DNA of 64,000 nt from Octopus vulgaris (taxonomy: Eukaryota). Location of the stretch: positions 59,644,001 to 59,708,000 of the forward strand of contig OX597822.1 of assembly GCA_951406725.2 (NCBI GenBank), read 5' to 3'. Below, piece by piece: positions 34,126 to 48,465 of the stretch (positions within the stretch are counted from its first letter, which is position 1; each line of letters starts with the position of its first letter). The notes beneath the pieces are model-generated. The model worked only from the letters and a program-made list of their open reading frames with translations, did not search any database and was not told the origin of the DNA. Made by a program: the position numbers and the translations under genes.

Positions 34126-35545
34126 ACATACATATATGTATATAAATTTTATACATACATATATACATATATATATATATGTATGTAAAGATATACATAC
34201 ATACATAGTACATACATGTATACACATATATATGTATATATACATATATATAAAGAAATATATATGTATATATACGCGCGCGCACGAACACACACACAAT
34301 TCTTAAAATTGTTAAAGTGTTCGAACTGCTTCGACAACCGTAGGATGCACAAATTTTTTATAGGTATTTCGCAGACAACCATGCTTGGTTGATATATTGG
34401 TTTTCGTTGGTTATCGTCACATTTAAATCCACATATATCTCTAGATATCGTCAGTGAATAGGTTTGCCACTGAAACCACGCAGTTTTCATTATGCTCGAA
34501 CCTTTTCACCAATTTCATTCATGATGGGTTCTATTTTTGGAAATATCAATCTTTTTCTTCCTTTGCTCATTTGTTTGGCTTGGCCACCCTCTTCCCCCTT
34601 TCAAACAAATCACTTGCCAAAAAGAGAGGGTGAATAGAAGCACATTCCTAATTTCTAAGCAATACATTGTTATGTTCCCGTTTTTCGTTAGTCTAATATT
34701 TAGTAGAAAACATTAGAGTTATTGAAAATGAATAGAAATGATCAAATAAAACACTCCCATTAATTAATGTTTGACAACAAATAAAGACTCAAACTTAGCT
34801 TTTGAAATATCTTATAGAGAACTCTGGTCCTTTACTTATCCAACAACTTTGACGTTCACCAAAAGTCTCTTATAGACATATTATGGCCCTATTATATCAT
34901 TTCCTTCTCATCGGAACAGGATTCGTAAAAAATGTGTTTTTTTAAGTCAATAGCATTTCTTTCAATTATTGTACTGGTTATACAAGTCTTATCTTTAGAC
35001 GCCTACCTCCCTACTTACTTACCAAATTATCTGCCTCCTCACCAACCTACCTACCTACCTATCTATCCATGTACTTACATAACTACTTACCTATATATCT
35101 ATATAAGAATGCGTGGTCTAATGGTTAAGGCGTTACACTCACGATCACGGGATAGGGTTTCCATTTGGAGACCGGGTGGTGCGTTGTTTTCTTGAGCAAG
35201 TCACTTCATCTGATGTTTGGCATACCGTGCTCCTGTACAGGCAATATCGATTTGATGGAGGCAGTGAGCTGACGTGCAGCACAAACATTTGAACACTATA
35301 AACAAATAATCAGTACAGGTTGTGCAAGAAATTGCGGAACCATCATCTGCCGTCTGAGTGGGTGCTGGTAGTTAAATAGAGAGATGCATAACACGCGCGC
35401 GCACGCACACACACATACACACACACATGTATATATAAGTGTCTGTGTGTATAAACATGCATGTTTATTTACATATATGCTTATATACATATATGTTTGT
35501 GTGTATAAATATGTATGCTTCTTTTGTGATATATGGTTTATTAAT

Positions 35546-35599
<54 letters not shown>

Positions 35600-36279
35600 G
35601 TTGAATTTGGTGCTTATATTGAGGCACCAAGTCAGTCCAGTATTGTCCACACAGCTCGAAGTTAGGTGAATAAAAAGCAAATAAGTAACAAGGATGTCCA
35701 GGTATTAGTGCATTACGGCATTGTTGAATAATTCTATCATTACCACCTTAACAGCATGCTAGGATGAAGCATTATGAGATTTCTATTTTATATAAAAGTA
35801 CCCCATTTTTCTAGGGCTTAGATTGTTTTATTTATCCTTCTTCTCTTATTTGGTCCTTAAATCCCTTTCTAAATGTTATTATTTAGGATCTAATCCATCC
35901 CAGTCACAGATTTTGAATTAATTAATTTTTAAACTAAACAGTTTGAAACTTCGAATACTGGTAGAATTTCTCACGTAGGAAATGGTTTACTCTGAATATT
36001 TTTGACAAAATTTCCTATTTTAGAAGTTATTTCGTGTTAAAGTTGTTGTATTTGGGTAATTTCAACCAATCAACTACGTGTATTCGGTTGAAGAAAGCTA
36101 CTGCTGTTTGCGATAGTAATCGAAGAGGAACAACTTTCGGGTTATCTCTACTAAATGTCATCACTCTGTTCGAAGAATCAACACCATCGAAGAATCAACA
36201 GTAGGCTCCTATAGGACCTTCCAAAGGAAACTAAAATGGATGTGGATAGCTACCTGTAAGACTAAGATTTCCAACAAAA

Positions 36280-37135
36280 TGAGTGACTTAGCACTCATTT
36301 TTGGCATTTCCTGTTCGGTCCGAAATTGGAGTCGGAGTGACTGGTGTTGTTTCTGAAAGATTTAGGCCACGAGATACAGTCGATCTTTCTGGACTGGACG
36401 GTAAGTTGGTGAGCTTGAATGTGATTAGAAGTACAGGTGGTATCTTTAGACTAACCCATGTGTATACCTCGACTGAGGTGGGGCAGTAGCATTTCTTCTT
36501 ATGTTGGAAGGTTTACCTAGGAACGTTCAACTCTTTTGTGGTAGTGGGCGATTGGAACGCCATCTTGGATGTACCTCTGAATTGTATGGAAATAACTGAT
36601 AGTAGAGGCAAATGCAAAAGCCTTGTAATCCTGCCCAGTCGTTTCCAGCTAGCTGATAGGTACCGACTGGCTTTCCAGAGTGTGCCAATGCGAACATGGA
36701 CAAATAGCATCGGATCATGTAGTTCGTATTTAGTTAGAATATTCTGTTGACCAATAGACAGGGATCATAGGTTGTCCACAGTTCAACATATTCTTTCACG
36801 CTATGCACGAAGATTGCATGGTCAGAACTAGAGTGTATGGGGTAATACATGAAGGAACGAAAGCAGATTGATAGAAATGTGGAGCTAGCAAAAGCTCAAT
36901 GTAGCAGCATAGCACAATTCTGTCTTTGACGGACAGGAAAAGCACATGCTACTCAATTCCAAGCAGATGTGTGCGCTATTTCAGTGGCACTTGGATGGTA
37001 TTTTTCTTTATTGAGAAGTTAATTGTTATTGTTTTTTATTGTTTACGTGATTTTATGTAAATTCCAGCTATCCTTTGTCCTTGTGTTGTTCTAAATGTCT
37101 TTTGCGGCCCTTATGGTCAAGAAAGAAAGAAATGT
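36280..37135 (+). pseudogene. Highly degraded, internally deleted Tx1/L1-like LINE (APE remnant + 3' end)
   Basis: VVGDWNAILD..TWTN..SYL.RI. The 3' end gcccttatggtcaagaaagaaa resembles the other Tx1-like tails. Confidence 0.6.
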
Positions 37136-37199
37136 CATTGAAACATTATACTATTATACTTTACTCCGTTGGAAATTTAATATCACAATTAACTATACC

Positions 37200-37557
37200 T
37201 TTTATCTTTTATCCTTGACTTGTTTCAGTAATTAAGTTGTGGCCATACTGGAGCACTACCTTGGAGGATTAGTCGAACGAATCAACCCCAGTACTTATTT
37301 TGTAAGCCTGATACTTACTCGAGCGCTAAGTTACAGAAACGTAAACGCACCAGCGCCGGTTGTCTAGCAGTGGTAGGGGACAAACGCGCGCACGCATACA
37401 CACAGAGAATGGGCTTCTTTCAGTTTCCGTCTACCAAATCCACTCACAAGGATTTGGTCGACCCGTGGCTATAGTAGAAGATACTTGCCAAAGGTTCCAC
37501 TCAGGGGGACTGAACCAGGGACTATGTGGTTGGGAAGCAAGTTTCTTACCTCGCAGC
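37200..37557 (-). mobile_element. SINE family B
   Basis: Reverse-complement match to 7066-7464 (ttcagtttccgtctaccaaatccactcacaagg). Confidence 0.8.
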
Positions 37558-38565
37558 TGCATCTATTCCAGTCTCTGTGTAAAATTGTTTGATCGTAGCT
37601 TCAATTCTATTTCATTTAGAACCTCTTCATATAACTATTTTTAAATATCATCGTCCTTGTTACCGTCCATATAGTAACTTAAGATTCTAAAATATCTCAC
37701 TGACACCTTTAAGTCAGATTTAGAATAATTATAAACTATTTAAAACTATTTAAATTCATTAATAATTCCTGAAATTTAAATCACTAGATTTTCTCACTAA
37801 ATGAATGACTTTCGAATTTTGAAAAGAATTACCCCAGATAGAGCCCCATGAATTTAGATAGCTTCCATTTCATAGTTGTATGGCCTCACCACTATTTTAT
37901 TTCTTCCGCTGCAAGCCATTGTTTTTATAACAAAGCTTACAGTCCGCTTCACTTTTACACTATTATATAAATCTAATCATGTCCAGAATTATCTTCGTCA
38001 CTTTAATAATCTCCCATTCTATTATTTTTCTGTTTACAATTAATAAACGTAATGCTTATTATGATACCTACAGCTCTGAATACTATATTAAACGGATTTA
38101 AACTAAATCTATATAATATATAACTTAATAGGTATCTTTTCCTCATGGGCATCTGTTTCTCATTTTTGTTATTTTCATTTTGTCTTTAGTGTTCGAATTC
38201 ATGACCTTTCTCTTTATCTTTGAACCATATATTCAACTTATCCTATTCACTTAATAACCTCACTATTTCATGCAAACCCCAGAACACTGCATATAAGGAT
38301 AGACACAAAATATCCAATGAACAAACGGAACAGTGGAGCCCTTAAGCTCCAAAGATGCAATCGCAAATGTCGATTATGCCACTCTTCTGTAAAGACAACA
38401 CATGTGACCAGTAGAAACCCGATAATATCATTGAGATACTGTCTCCCATTGCGACATGATGTCATTGCTTTAACAATATACCATGGTCACTACATACAAG
38501 ACTGCCTTGGGATAAATATAAACAATACCTCTGTTATTGAACATGTACATATCAATACGTCAAAA

Positions 38566-38785
38566 TATTGGTATCAAATTTTAGCACAAGGCCAGCAAGT
38601 TCGCAGGGAGGGAATAATTTGATTATATCGATCGCAGTTCTCAGCAGATGCTTATTTTATCGACCTCAAAAGGATAAAAGGCAAAGTCGACCTCTGCGGA
38701 ATTTAAACTCAAAACGCAAAGACGGGCGGAATGCCGCTAAGCGTTTGGCCTGGCGTGCAAATGATTCTGCCAGCTCGCCGCCTTA
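38566..38785 (-). mobile_element. SINE family A
   Basis: Consensus motifs present. Further copies at ~33250-33430, 41512-41725, 48140-48340, 50590-50990 (+), 53360-53480, 54158-54362, 55050-55238, 56082-56278, 63720-63850. Confidence 0.8.
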
Positions 38786-41700
38786 AAAGCATCAAAATAT
38801 TGATGGAACATCAAAAATACCAATATAATAGGTCTGATATATTTATTTTCAACAGAAAAGAAAATACAAGTATAGTCAAAGAGGAGAACTGCCCCGTACA
38901 TAATTAACAAATGGTGGTAAAGACCGAATCCATATGGGGAGATCATCTTAAAAATCAAGGGTTCTCCGAAGTTGACATACCATTCAAGAAAAGGAAAAGC
39001 TTAGTATCTGGAGATTATAATAAGTTCGTTGTCACGTGTTTCTGCCTCAATCGGTGTCATCAGCTCGATAATTATTATACATTACCTCCAGTAGCCAAGT
39101 ATACAAGCAAAAACGGAAAACAAAACGTAGAACACATTTATGGTCTATGTGATCTGTATACTTTAAACAAAAATGTGCTAATAAAAATAACTAGTAGCAT
39201 GCATTTGAACAACATAGACAAAGACATAAATGTTTGACATTCACTTCTAAAGGATGTGCTATAATTACTAAATGGCAATTAATACCAGTTTCTTTTGAGA
39301 AGAGTAGATAATCTCGATTGTGTTCTATTTCGTATGTATCTAAACCCCTTGTCTACTAGAGATAAGTTAGGATATTTCTTAGACAAATTAGGATACCTGG
39401 AGATAAGTTGAAACCGACTGAGATAGATATGTGTCCACGACTGTCCTTTCATCACCAAACACTCTTTCTTTTACTTAATGGCATTCAACTTATGATAATT
39501 TTTGATTCTTAATATTATCTGTTTTTTATGACTAATTAGTTATTATGACACATCTCCCTATTTTAATAAGTCAAACTTTCACGTTGGATAGCATTTCATA
39601 TATCTCTGCTTATCTCTTTCGCTCTACTCCTAGACATACATATGTGTGTATGCGTGTGTGTGCGTATATATATAAGCGCATCTTCACACATACACATACA
39701 CACACACATATATGCTTGTGTGGAGGAGAAAATTACTGTTACGGAGTGTGCATGATACCGCGTGATATGTGCGTCACTGTGGATTGTAACTCAATAGGGT
39801 TTTGCATAGTCACGGTTAAATATGGGTTACATCGAGCCTTAGCTAACTCAAAGTTAGTCTCAAGCACGGTTACAAAGAAATAATTGGTAGTAACTTCGAA
39901 GTTTCGGCTTACTTTCCGTCATTAGAGAGTGACAGATTGAATTTTTCATATATGTATGCACACACACATACACACATACAGACGCGCGCGCGCACTGACA
40001 CATGTATCTACTCGTATTTTCATATACGTGTATACTGGTGTATCAGATGAAAATCCTCTTCCCTCCAGCAGTCACTTCTCCAATGTTCCGCTGGGCCAAG
40101 TGTAGAATGGCTGAGAGAAAGAGAACCATTATGTGTCTGACTGCTTGCGACTGTATAGGCATGTAAAACAAATAGCAAAAACGAGGTACACGCGGTCAGA
40201 TCTTATCTATTTGTGCATATCAGTTGGCTTATCTAACTATCTATCTATGAGTACGTTGGTGTGTTTTCTTCTCATGTACTAATCTTAGCATATTGATGAC
40301 ATGACGCATGCTTCAATTTGCGTTACCATTTTTTCCCCTCCACTTTGAGGAGTTATTTATAGCTAGCAATCAGAATAATTTATTCGAACTATCGAAGAAA
40401 TCCATATTTTGCAACGTATCATTATACATAAATTTTAAATTTCTTTTTCATTATCTTTTTGCAATTTAATGGTTATCTCTCACCATGTAAATCCTTTATT
40501 TCAAAGCTAAAAAAAAAAACAAACCCCGCAGACGTTCAACGCTTACTGAGCTATATCTCTTTCATTTCGTTTTCGCTTTTTCGCTTTAATTAGAAACGCT
40601 ATTCTTTACTATAAGAAGAATTGTCAATTAAGCAATTAACACATCTACTCTCTCTGAGTCGAAGCAGAGAAGTTGTTTGTTAAAATACTATCATCGTTTA
40701 GGTATTTCTAATTACTCTTGAAAATTGGCGAAGTGTCGACAAAATAGTGTAACATAAGCAGAAACAGTTCAAGTAGAAATCAGTGGTTTCATCTTGACTT
40801 CGGTATGAAACATCAACTCTTCAATTTCAATTCTCGCCACTTAATACCTTCTTCAGTTTTTAAATTATTTATAGTGGAATTTAAATCGTAGCATGTTCTA
40901 AATGAAAAAAATACATTCATTATGAAAAAATATCAACCTTTTGTTTTTTCTTTTTTTTTCTTCGTCATCGTAGTTTTCAAGGACTTTTAAGCATTGGATA
41001 AAATTTTTTATGGTAGGCTTTTGAAAATATCATTAATTCTCAGACAGTTGGTATTAAAATAGATATTCCTAAACATTTTCCGTTAAAACGTTGATAATAT
41101 CTGCATCAAGAAGAAATTGAAAGGAATAATTTATTATTTTCGGAGTGTTATATTAGCTACGTAAAACACACGTATGTACTGTTGCATTGTTTTCCCCGTA
41201 TGCCGACCCTGATAGGACAGGCATGCGATAAAAGACATTCCAACCGTGACAAACACGTAAATTATTCAGACAAAGACTATCAAAGAGCACATCCTCATCC
41301 AACGTGCTTTTCATGTTTTAAGATAGTAGGATGAAATCTGTTAAGGTCTGGCTGTTATTTCAAGCTGGTCGAGAGACTGTAGAGGTTCAACTTTTATTTT
41401 ATAATAGAAGCATATGCAGCTTTCACCTTCTCTAATCGTAATTGCTGCAAGTAAGTGGATATGAAGTTATGCTATGATCCTCATGTGAAAGAAGGGTATA
41501 TTATGTAATACTGATTTCAAATTTTAGCCCAAGGCCAGCAAGTTCTGGATATGGAGTAAGATTTCATCGACCTTAGTACTCAACTGGTGCTTATTTTCTC
41601 AAGTTCGAAAGGACGAGAGGCAAAGTCGACCTCATCGGAATTTGAATTCACAATGTGAGGGCGGATGTAAAGCCGCTAAGCATTATTGCCCGACATGCTA

Positions 41701-41832
41701 ACGATTCTACCAGCTCGCCGCCTTAAGTATATCATGTAATATGAGATGTATTAGTTTTTTTAGTAGTCATCTCAATATAATCAGCTGAAATCTTCGAATG
41801 TCATGCAGCAGCATGTACACCGTCCAATAACT

Positions 41833-42248
41833 TAATTCTTTATTGTCCACAGGGGCTAAACATAGAGGGGACAAACAAGGACAGACAAACGGATTAAGTC
41901 GATTACATCGACCCCAGTGCGTAACTGGTACTTAATTTATCGACCCCGAAAAGATGAAAGGCAAAGTCGACCCCGGCGGAATTTGAACTGAGAACGTAAC
42001 GTCAAACGAAATACCTATTTCTTTACTACCCACAAGGGGCCAAACACAGAGAGGACAAACAAGGACAGACAAACGAATTAAGTCGATTACATCGACCCCA
42101 GTGCGTAACTGGTACTTATTTTATCGACCCCGAAAGGATGAAAGGCAAAGTCGACCTCGGCGGAATTTGAACCCAGAACGTAACGGCATACGAAATACGG
42201 CTACGCATTTCGCTCGACGTGCTAACGTTTCTGCCAATTCGCCACCTA
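41833..42248 (-). mobile_element. SINE family A dimer
   Basis: Two ~184-bp units with junction gaaatacc|tatttc. Confidence 0.85.
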
Positions 42249-43101
42249 ACTGAAAGCAATAAAAGGACAAAAAAATACTCAAATTTGAAATTTTATTTCT
42301 TTTGATTGATTTTTGTATAGATGTCGCTCGATAATACAAATAATACAGTGTATATTTATATTACATCATAACCATTTCCTTTATGTCTTCTCAAGTGCTT
42401 ACTAGATTTATCCTTGGTCTGTATAAACATATAATGATGGATAGTTAAACCAGTATAACCCTCAATATCTTCTCTATTCTCTGTATCACCAATATTTCCT
42501 CTAGACTATATATAACTGTGCTCAAGCATATTTTTCCTTGTCTACATGAAATTTTGTGTATACTTGAAGTAGTGCATTCTGTACCTATCAGTGGAATGCT
42601 ATTATATACTTTACATATACAGTTTAATCTTCGTATTATGTCTATTTCAGAAATCCTTATAATTTTATTAGTCCTAATGCGTTTATTCTTATTGAAATTC
42701 ATCTGGTTTTTAGAACCCCTCATTCAAGATATGTCAAATACACTTTCTCTGTGTCTTTCAAATACACAGCTGGTTTAATTGAAATATTTTATCAATTTCC
42801 CCAAACAACTCAACTTTATTACTAGATATATTTGTCCCTATTATCCTATCTGAATGGTTTTGCCTTTAGCCTTCTATCAGTATATACATAATATTGTCTC
42901 TGTCGATTTTGGAACCTTTCTTTGGCATACACTTGCGCTACTTATGTTTCACTATAATTTCCAGTGTCCATAGTTATGAATTTATTGTGCCTGTTGTTAA
43001 ATTTAGAAGACAGGGTGAGAAAGTGTAGTTGAATTATATTTCTTACTGCATTTAGAACGCATCATTACATTTATTGTTATAGTTACGTTGGTATTATTAT
43101 A

Positions 43102-43667
43102 CTGGGTTGTTCGGAAAGTTCGTGCCGATTTATAGTAGCTTACCTTGAGACTTATTTTAGGACATGACTGAGTCCATAAAATAGAATTTGACTACACCTC
43201 CATTTGGAGCACAGTTTAAGCTATCTTTTCGTGGAAGAAGCTTTATGTTACTAAAACCTGTGTTAATTCTGTAACCCTTTAAAATGGAAGATAGGAAAGT
43301 TAATTTTCGGCACTTGATGCTTTGGGAACCAGACAAAAACTGCCGCAGCTCGGCTGGGATGTGTTACCCCACCCTCCATATACACCAGATATTGCTCCTT
43401 CGGATTTCCACTTATTCAGGTCTCTGCAGAATAGTCTTAATGGTAAAAATTTCAATATCTTGGATGACATAAAAAGGTACCTTGATGAATTCTTTGCCAT
43501 AAAACCACCTCAATTCTGGGAAGAGGGTATTTTCAAGTTAAAGGAAAGATGGAAACGCATTGTGCAACAAAATAGTTCATATTTGGTAGATTAAAAATGT
43601 AATGGCAAGTATTTATTGACCTTTTTCTTTCCTTTAAAAATCGGCATTAACTTTCCGGACAATCCAA
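43102..43667 (+). mobile_element. Internally deleted mariner transposon
   Basis: TA-flanked imperfect TIRs (ctgggttgttcggaaagtt..ccgattt / aaatcggc..aactttccggacaatccaa). N-terminal MEDRKVNFRH joined to C-terminal HPPYTPDIAPSDFHLF..GIFKLKERW. Confidence 0.9.
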
Positions 43668-44469
43668 TACTACCCCCTTAGTACGCCAGGAAAAATCCTT
43701 TGCGGGATTTCGTCCGTCTTTACATTCTGAGTTCAAATTCAGCCGGGGAATTCATGCTAATGAATCGTGTGAGTTATGAACATACAGTGGCCTCAAAGGA
43801 GTTCGGCTCCAATGATGAAATACAGAAGTGACTGGAATATTAGTATTCGAATCTGTTGGAACATATAAGAATAATCGCTTGTATTTATGCTTTACTAGAT
43901 ATTTTTTAGTTCTATAAGTGATATTATATGATAATATTCTAATTGCAAAAAGCACCTAACTGTCTATACAATTATTCTGTGTCATAAATTATGGTGGGGT
44001 GAAATTATAAATTGAGTTATTATTATTCTGGTTTTTCAGTCTAAACTTGATAATTAACTTAATATCACGTTGAAAATATTATGATTATAATTTATAACAA
44101 GAAAAGTTATATACACTTATTCTTGCCTATTATTTTAAATATTCTATTATAGACTTTACTACAACGTGTGTTAAAGCATTTCTAGCTCGTTAATTTCTAA
44201 GTATTGTTTGGTATATATCTATTTTCTCTAAAAATATATTTCCATAGTATAAATTGACGAGTATCTACACATACGTATACGAGCAGCGATTTACTTCTTG
44301 ATCAAAACTGCATTCACTGCGCAGTATATTTTGATATACTAAACGTGGTTGAGAGAGATGAAAATTCTGTTTTACTGTATATTTCTAAGAGTGTGTAAAT
44401 ATATTGCTGTATGAAGTTGTTGCTCGTATACGTATATGTAAATACACGTCAATTTATACTATGGAATAT

Positions 44470-44530
44470 TGTTGCTGATGAGAGCAGTAAATAAATATTT
44501 TCTACTTTAAGCTCGAAACAAGGTCTTGTA
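44470..44530 (+). ncRNA. Hammerhead-like motif with canonical core and GUC triplet
   Basis: CTGATGA-GAGC[25 nt]GCTC-GAAAC-aag-GTC. Stem I has only wobble pairs. Directly follows an inverted repeat (44240-44288 / 44419-44466). Confidence 0.6.
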
Positions 44531-44704
44531 CACGGTTAACTAAAAGTTTAATTCATTATGTTCCTTTTGCCCGACTACATCCCGTGATTTATTTTTCGGA
44601 GTTTTGAGGTGGTAATAGTATCTTTTGGCGTCTATTTTTCTAGCACCTGGAGAGGCTTATAGCCAATCCCTTGTTAGGATTATGCATATAATTATTAAAA
44701 TATT

Positions 44705-44754
<50 letters not shown>

Positions 44755-44823
44755 TGTGTGTTGTGTGTATATAAGTGCCAACGCATGCAGCTTTCGGACC
44801 TTGAGTCATTGTGTTACTTCGGC

Positions 44824-44871
<48 letters not shown>

Positions 44872-46014
44872 AAGAGAGAGACAGACAGACAGAGAGACAT
44901 ACAGACAGATAGATAGATAAACGCATATGTATAATGGTTGAGAAGTTCGTTTCGCAACCACGTGATCTGGATTCGATGCTACTGCGTGTCAATTTCTATA
45001 ACATCGAGATGTCCACGTTGCGAGGCAAAATAGGCGCACAAAAAGTATATTGGAAAACGCCGGCTGGATTGCGCCTCTGTTCAAAAGTACATCTATATTA
45101 CACACGATGCGACGTTGATTTTACTAGAGGATTATCTTAAGGGTACACATGTCAGAAGAGTGTCAAGTAATTCAATGAGCCTGTAATTCAGTTGATTCAA
45201 CAATTGAATTGTCAACACTGAATTTAACAGAGCTCCATCCATCCAAATACATACATACATACATACATACATACACCCATATATACATACATACATACAT
45301 ACATACATACATACATACATACATACATCCCTGTATCCCTGTATCCCTGTATACATTCGCTAACTTTTTCCCAGTAATTTAATAACAACACTGGCACCTC
45401 CAAGATTGATTGGTCTCAATGATAATGGTGCGAAACCAACATGATATTTTGTTTCATTGACTGACGAGGAAAACTCAGATGCGAATATTCCGTGTATCCT
45501 GTCTTTTCTATCTTCTCTGTCCGTTAAGTTCTCGTTTAGTTTCCCGTTTGCTCTACCTTCGTCTAACTTTTTCTCATTGTTGTGTTCTGTCTGTTCAATC
45601 CTTGATACATACATACATACATACATACATACATACATACATACATACATACATACATACATACATACATACATACATACATACATACATACATACATAC
45701 ATCCATCCATCCATCCATCCATCCATCCATCCATCCATCCATCCATCCATCCATACATACATACATACATACATACATACATACACATCCATCCATCCAT
45801 CCATCCATCCATCCATACATACATACATACATACATGCACACATACATACATACATACATACATACTCGCACGGAGGAGAGACACGATGTCGTTAAATTT
45901 TACTTTGACTTTCCGATTTCATGACCAATCGATCAATGATCAATATTACAAAGGGATCGTTTGTTTTTGCACTTATTCTCACTCCCCGTCACAGAATTCT
46001 TTGTGTAACACTAC

Positions 46015-46055
<41 letters not shown>

Positions 46056-46226
46056 CATGCTCACACAAACACATACACGCATGCTCACACAGACAGATAC
46101 ACATACACACATGCACGCACGTATGCTCGCACTTACACACAGACATCCAATCTCTCTTACATATACGCACACACTCGTCCATGTTTGTGAGCATGCCTAC
46201 TTCGCGTTCACATGTGTGTGTGCGTG

Positions 46227-46292
<66 letters not shown>

Positions 46293-47339
46293 CTATACAA
46301 GAAACTCTCGGAATAGGATGAAATTACTTGTTAACTTTGGAGATAAGTGGACCACGCCTTCTGTTTCCAAGTGGTAAGTATCGGCGAGATCTTGCGAAAT
46401 GCAATCTATGTAGGCAGCTTCTGAAGTAACTAAGAGGTGTGAAGGCAGTAGTTTTGTTAATATAAGTCTGTAACGTAGAAATAAACATTTAAATTAATTT
46501 TATCATCTCTGAAACTCACATGAAATCAAACGTTATGGAAAAGCTGTATAAACAGTTATATTTCTTCTGCTTTCTTTTCGGTGAGTACTAAACTGAATTT
46601 TTTTGATTATTTATCTAATTATTTTTGTTATTCTATATACTTCATTTGAAATATTTGTTGGGGCTTTTTAACTACCAAGCAAACACACAAGGAAATAAAG
46701 ATATAAAAATGTAATCATAGCACCATCAATATATAGTACAGCAAAGAGGTAACTAAATGATCACAATAAATGCTAGTAATAACCATCAATTATCCTTGAA
46801 CTCACACTTAACCCATATTGATTTCTAAAATTATAACAAGGATGTAATATTTGAAGGCGAGTAAGTAGGTAACATTAACCCCAGTATCTGATTGATATTT
46901 TATTTTCTCGACTTTAGAACGACGTAATTAGAACTCGGAATATAGAGTGTGATAACTAAATACATTTTAGTATTTAGCAACGACCCATTACAAGGCGTTT
47001 TGTGCCAAAGTTCAATCAATTCAGTCAGTTCACGTCCCTTATTGAACCCATATACCCGCATCAAAAAACAAAAAAGAAGGAAAAAACACACGCTGAATAA
47101 TGTAGTGTTAGATATGCTTTCACTGAATGAATGGTAGAAATATCACGTTGGAACGTCTTGGATTATAGGTCTGCTAAATCAGAGATAACACGAGACTAAA
47201 CAATTGCAACAATAATAACAACATGAATAATAACAACAATAATATCATCAATTCAATTTTTTAAATAATTTCTCATCTTGAGTTAGAGTAAGAAATAGGA
47301 AAAATTCACCCCCCCCCCTCCAAAAAAAACAATAAAAGT

Positions 47340-47492
47340 CGAAGACGGGTGGTGTAGAAACAAGTAGATGTATTAGTATAACGCTCGGGAAGTGAAAAAG
47401 TCTTTAACGTTTCGAGCCTACGTTCTTCCACTGAAAAGAACACACATAAAAACAAGAAGAGAAAATAAAGAATGTGTACTGGCTAGTGATAG
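47340..47492 (-). mobile_element. Old 3'-end fragment of the Penelope family at 57-5244
   Basis: gtattagtataacgctc..aagtctttaacgtttcgagcctacg matches 124-190. Confidence 0.8.
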
Positions 47493-48402
47493 TTTATCGA
47501 ATATAGTTTGTCTTCCTGTATAGACTGAGAAGTAAAAACGACTTAAGATATCTATTATGACTTCGAGGTAGAAAGATAGTAGAATTTGCACTCTCTATAT
47601 ATAGATTGGTGACGCACAAGAAACAGAGTAACACAAGGACCGAGAGTTTCGTGCGTTAGCACTTACAAACTTGACTCACTCTGTTACTTATACTAAATAT
47701 TAATGAAATATAAATATGTGTTTGTGTATATGTGTGCATATGTATGTGTGTATTTATGCATATATATATAGTATACATATACACATATACATATATATAT
47801 ATTTACTTATAGTAGATTATTGGTATATATTTCAGACATCTTCCAAATTAGAATTGAATTCGCAAATAAATGCAATAAATGTAAAGCCTTATTCTCCCTT
47901 ATCTAACTTCACCCCGGCAATGCCGATAAAATTGTTGATTCTTTCTGTTAGGCATTAAGCCAGATTTTGTAAGAATTGGATAGAAATAACTCCAACATTT
48001 TACAGGTATTTAATTACATCCCGCAAGGGAGATAAATCGATATTCGAAGACGAAAATTAGAGTGACTATGTGAAATATATTCATTCTCTGTTGTACCAGG
48101 TATATATAGATATCACCCTACCTTAACAACAATAATGTTAATAGTTTCAAATTTTAGCTCAGGTTCAGCAATTTTGGGGTCAAGGGTTAGTCGATATCAC
48201 TGACCACAGTACTCCACTGATACTTTACTTTATCGACCTCGAAAAGAGGAAGGGCGAAGTTGAAGTCAGAGTAGAAAGAACCTGAAGAAGTGCTGTTAAA
48301 TATTTTGTTAGGCTCACCAACGATTCTGCCTACACGCCTCTATTTTTTGACAACAGTAATATTAATGGCTGCAACAACAACAACAACAACAACAACAACA
48401 GC

Positions 48403-48465
<63 letters not shown>

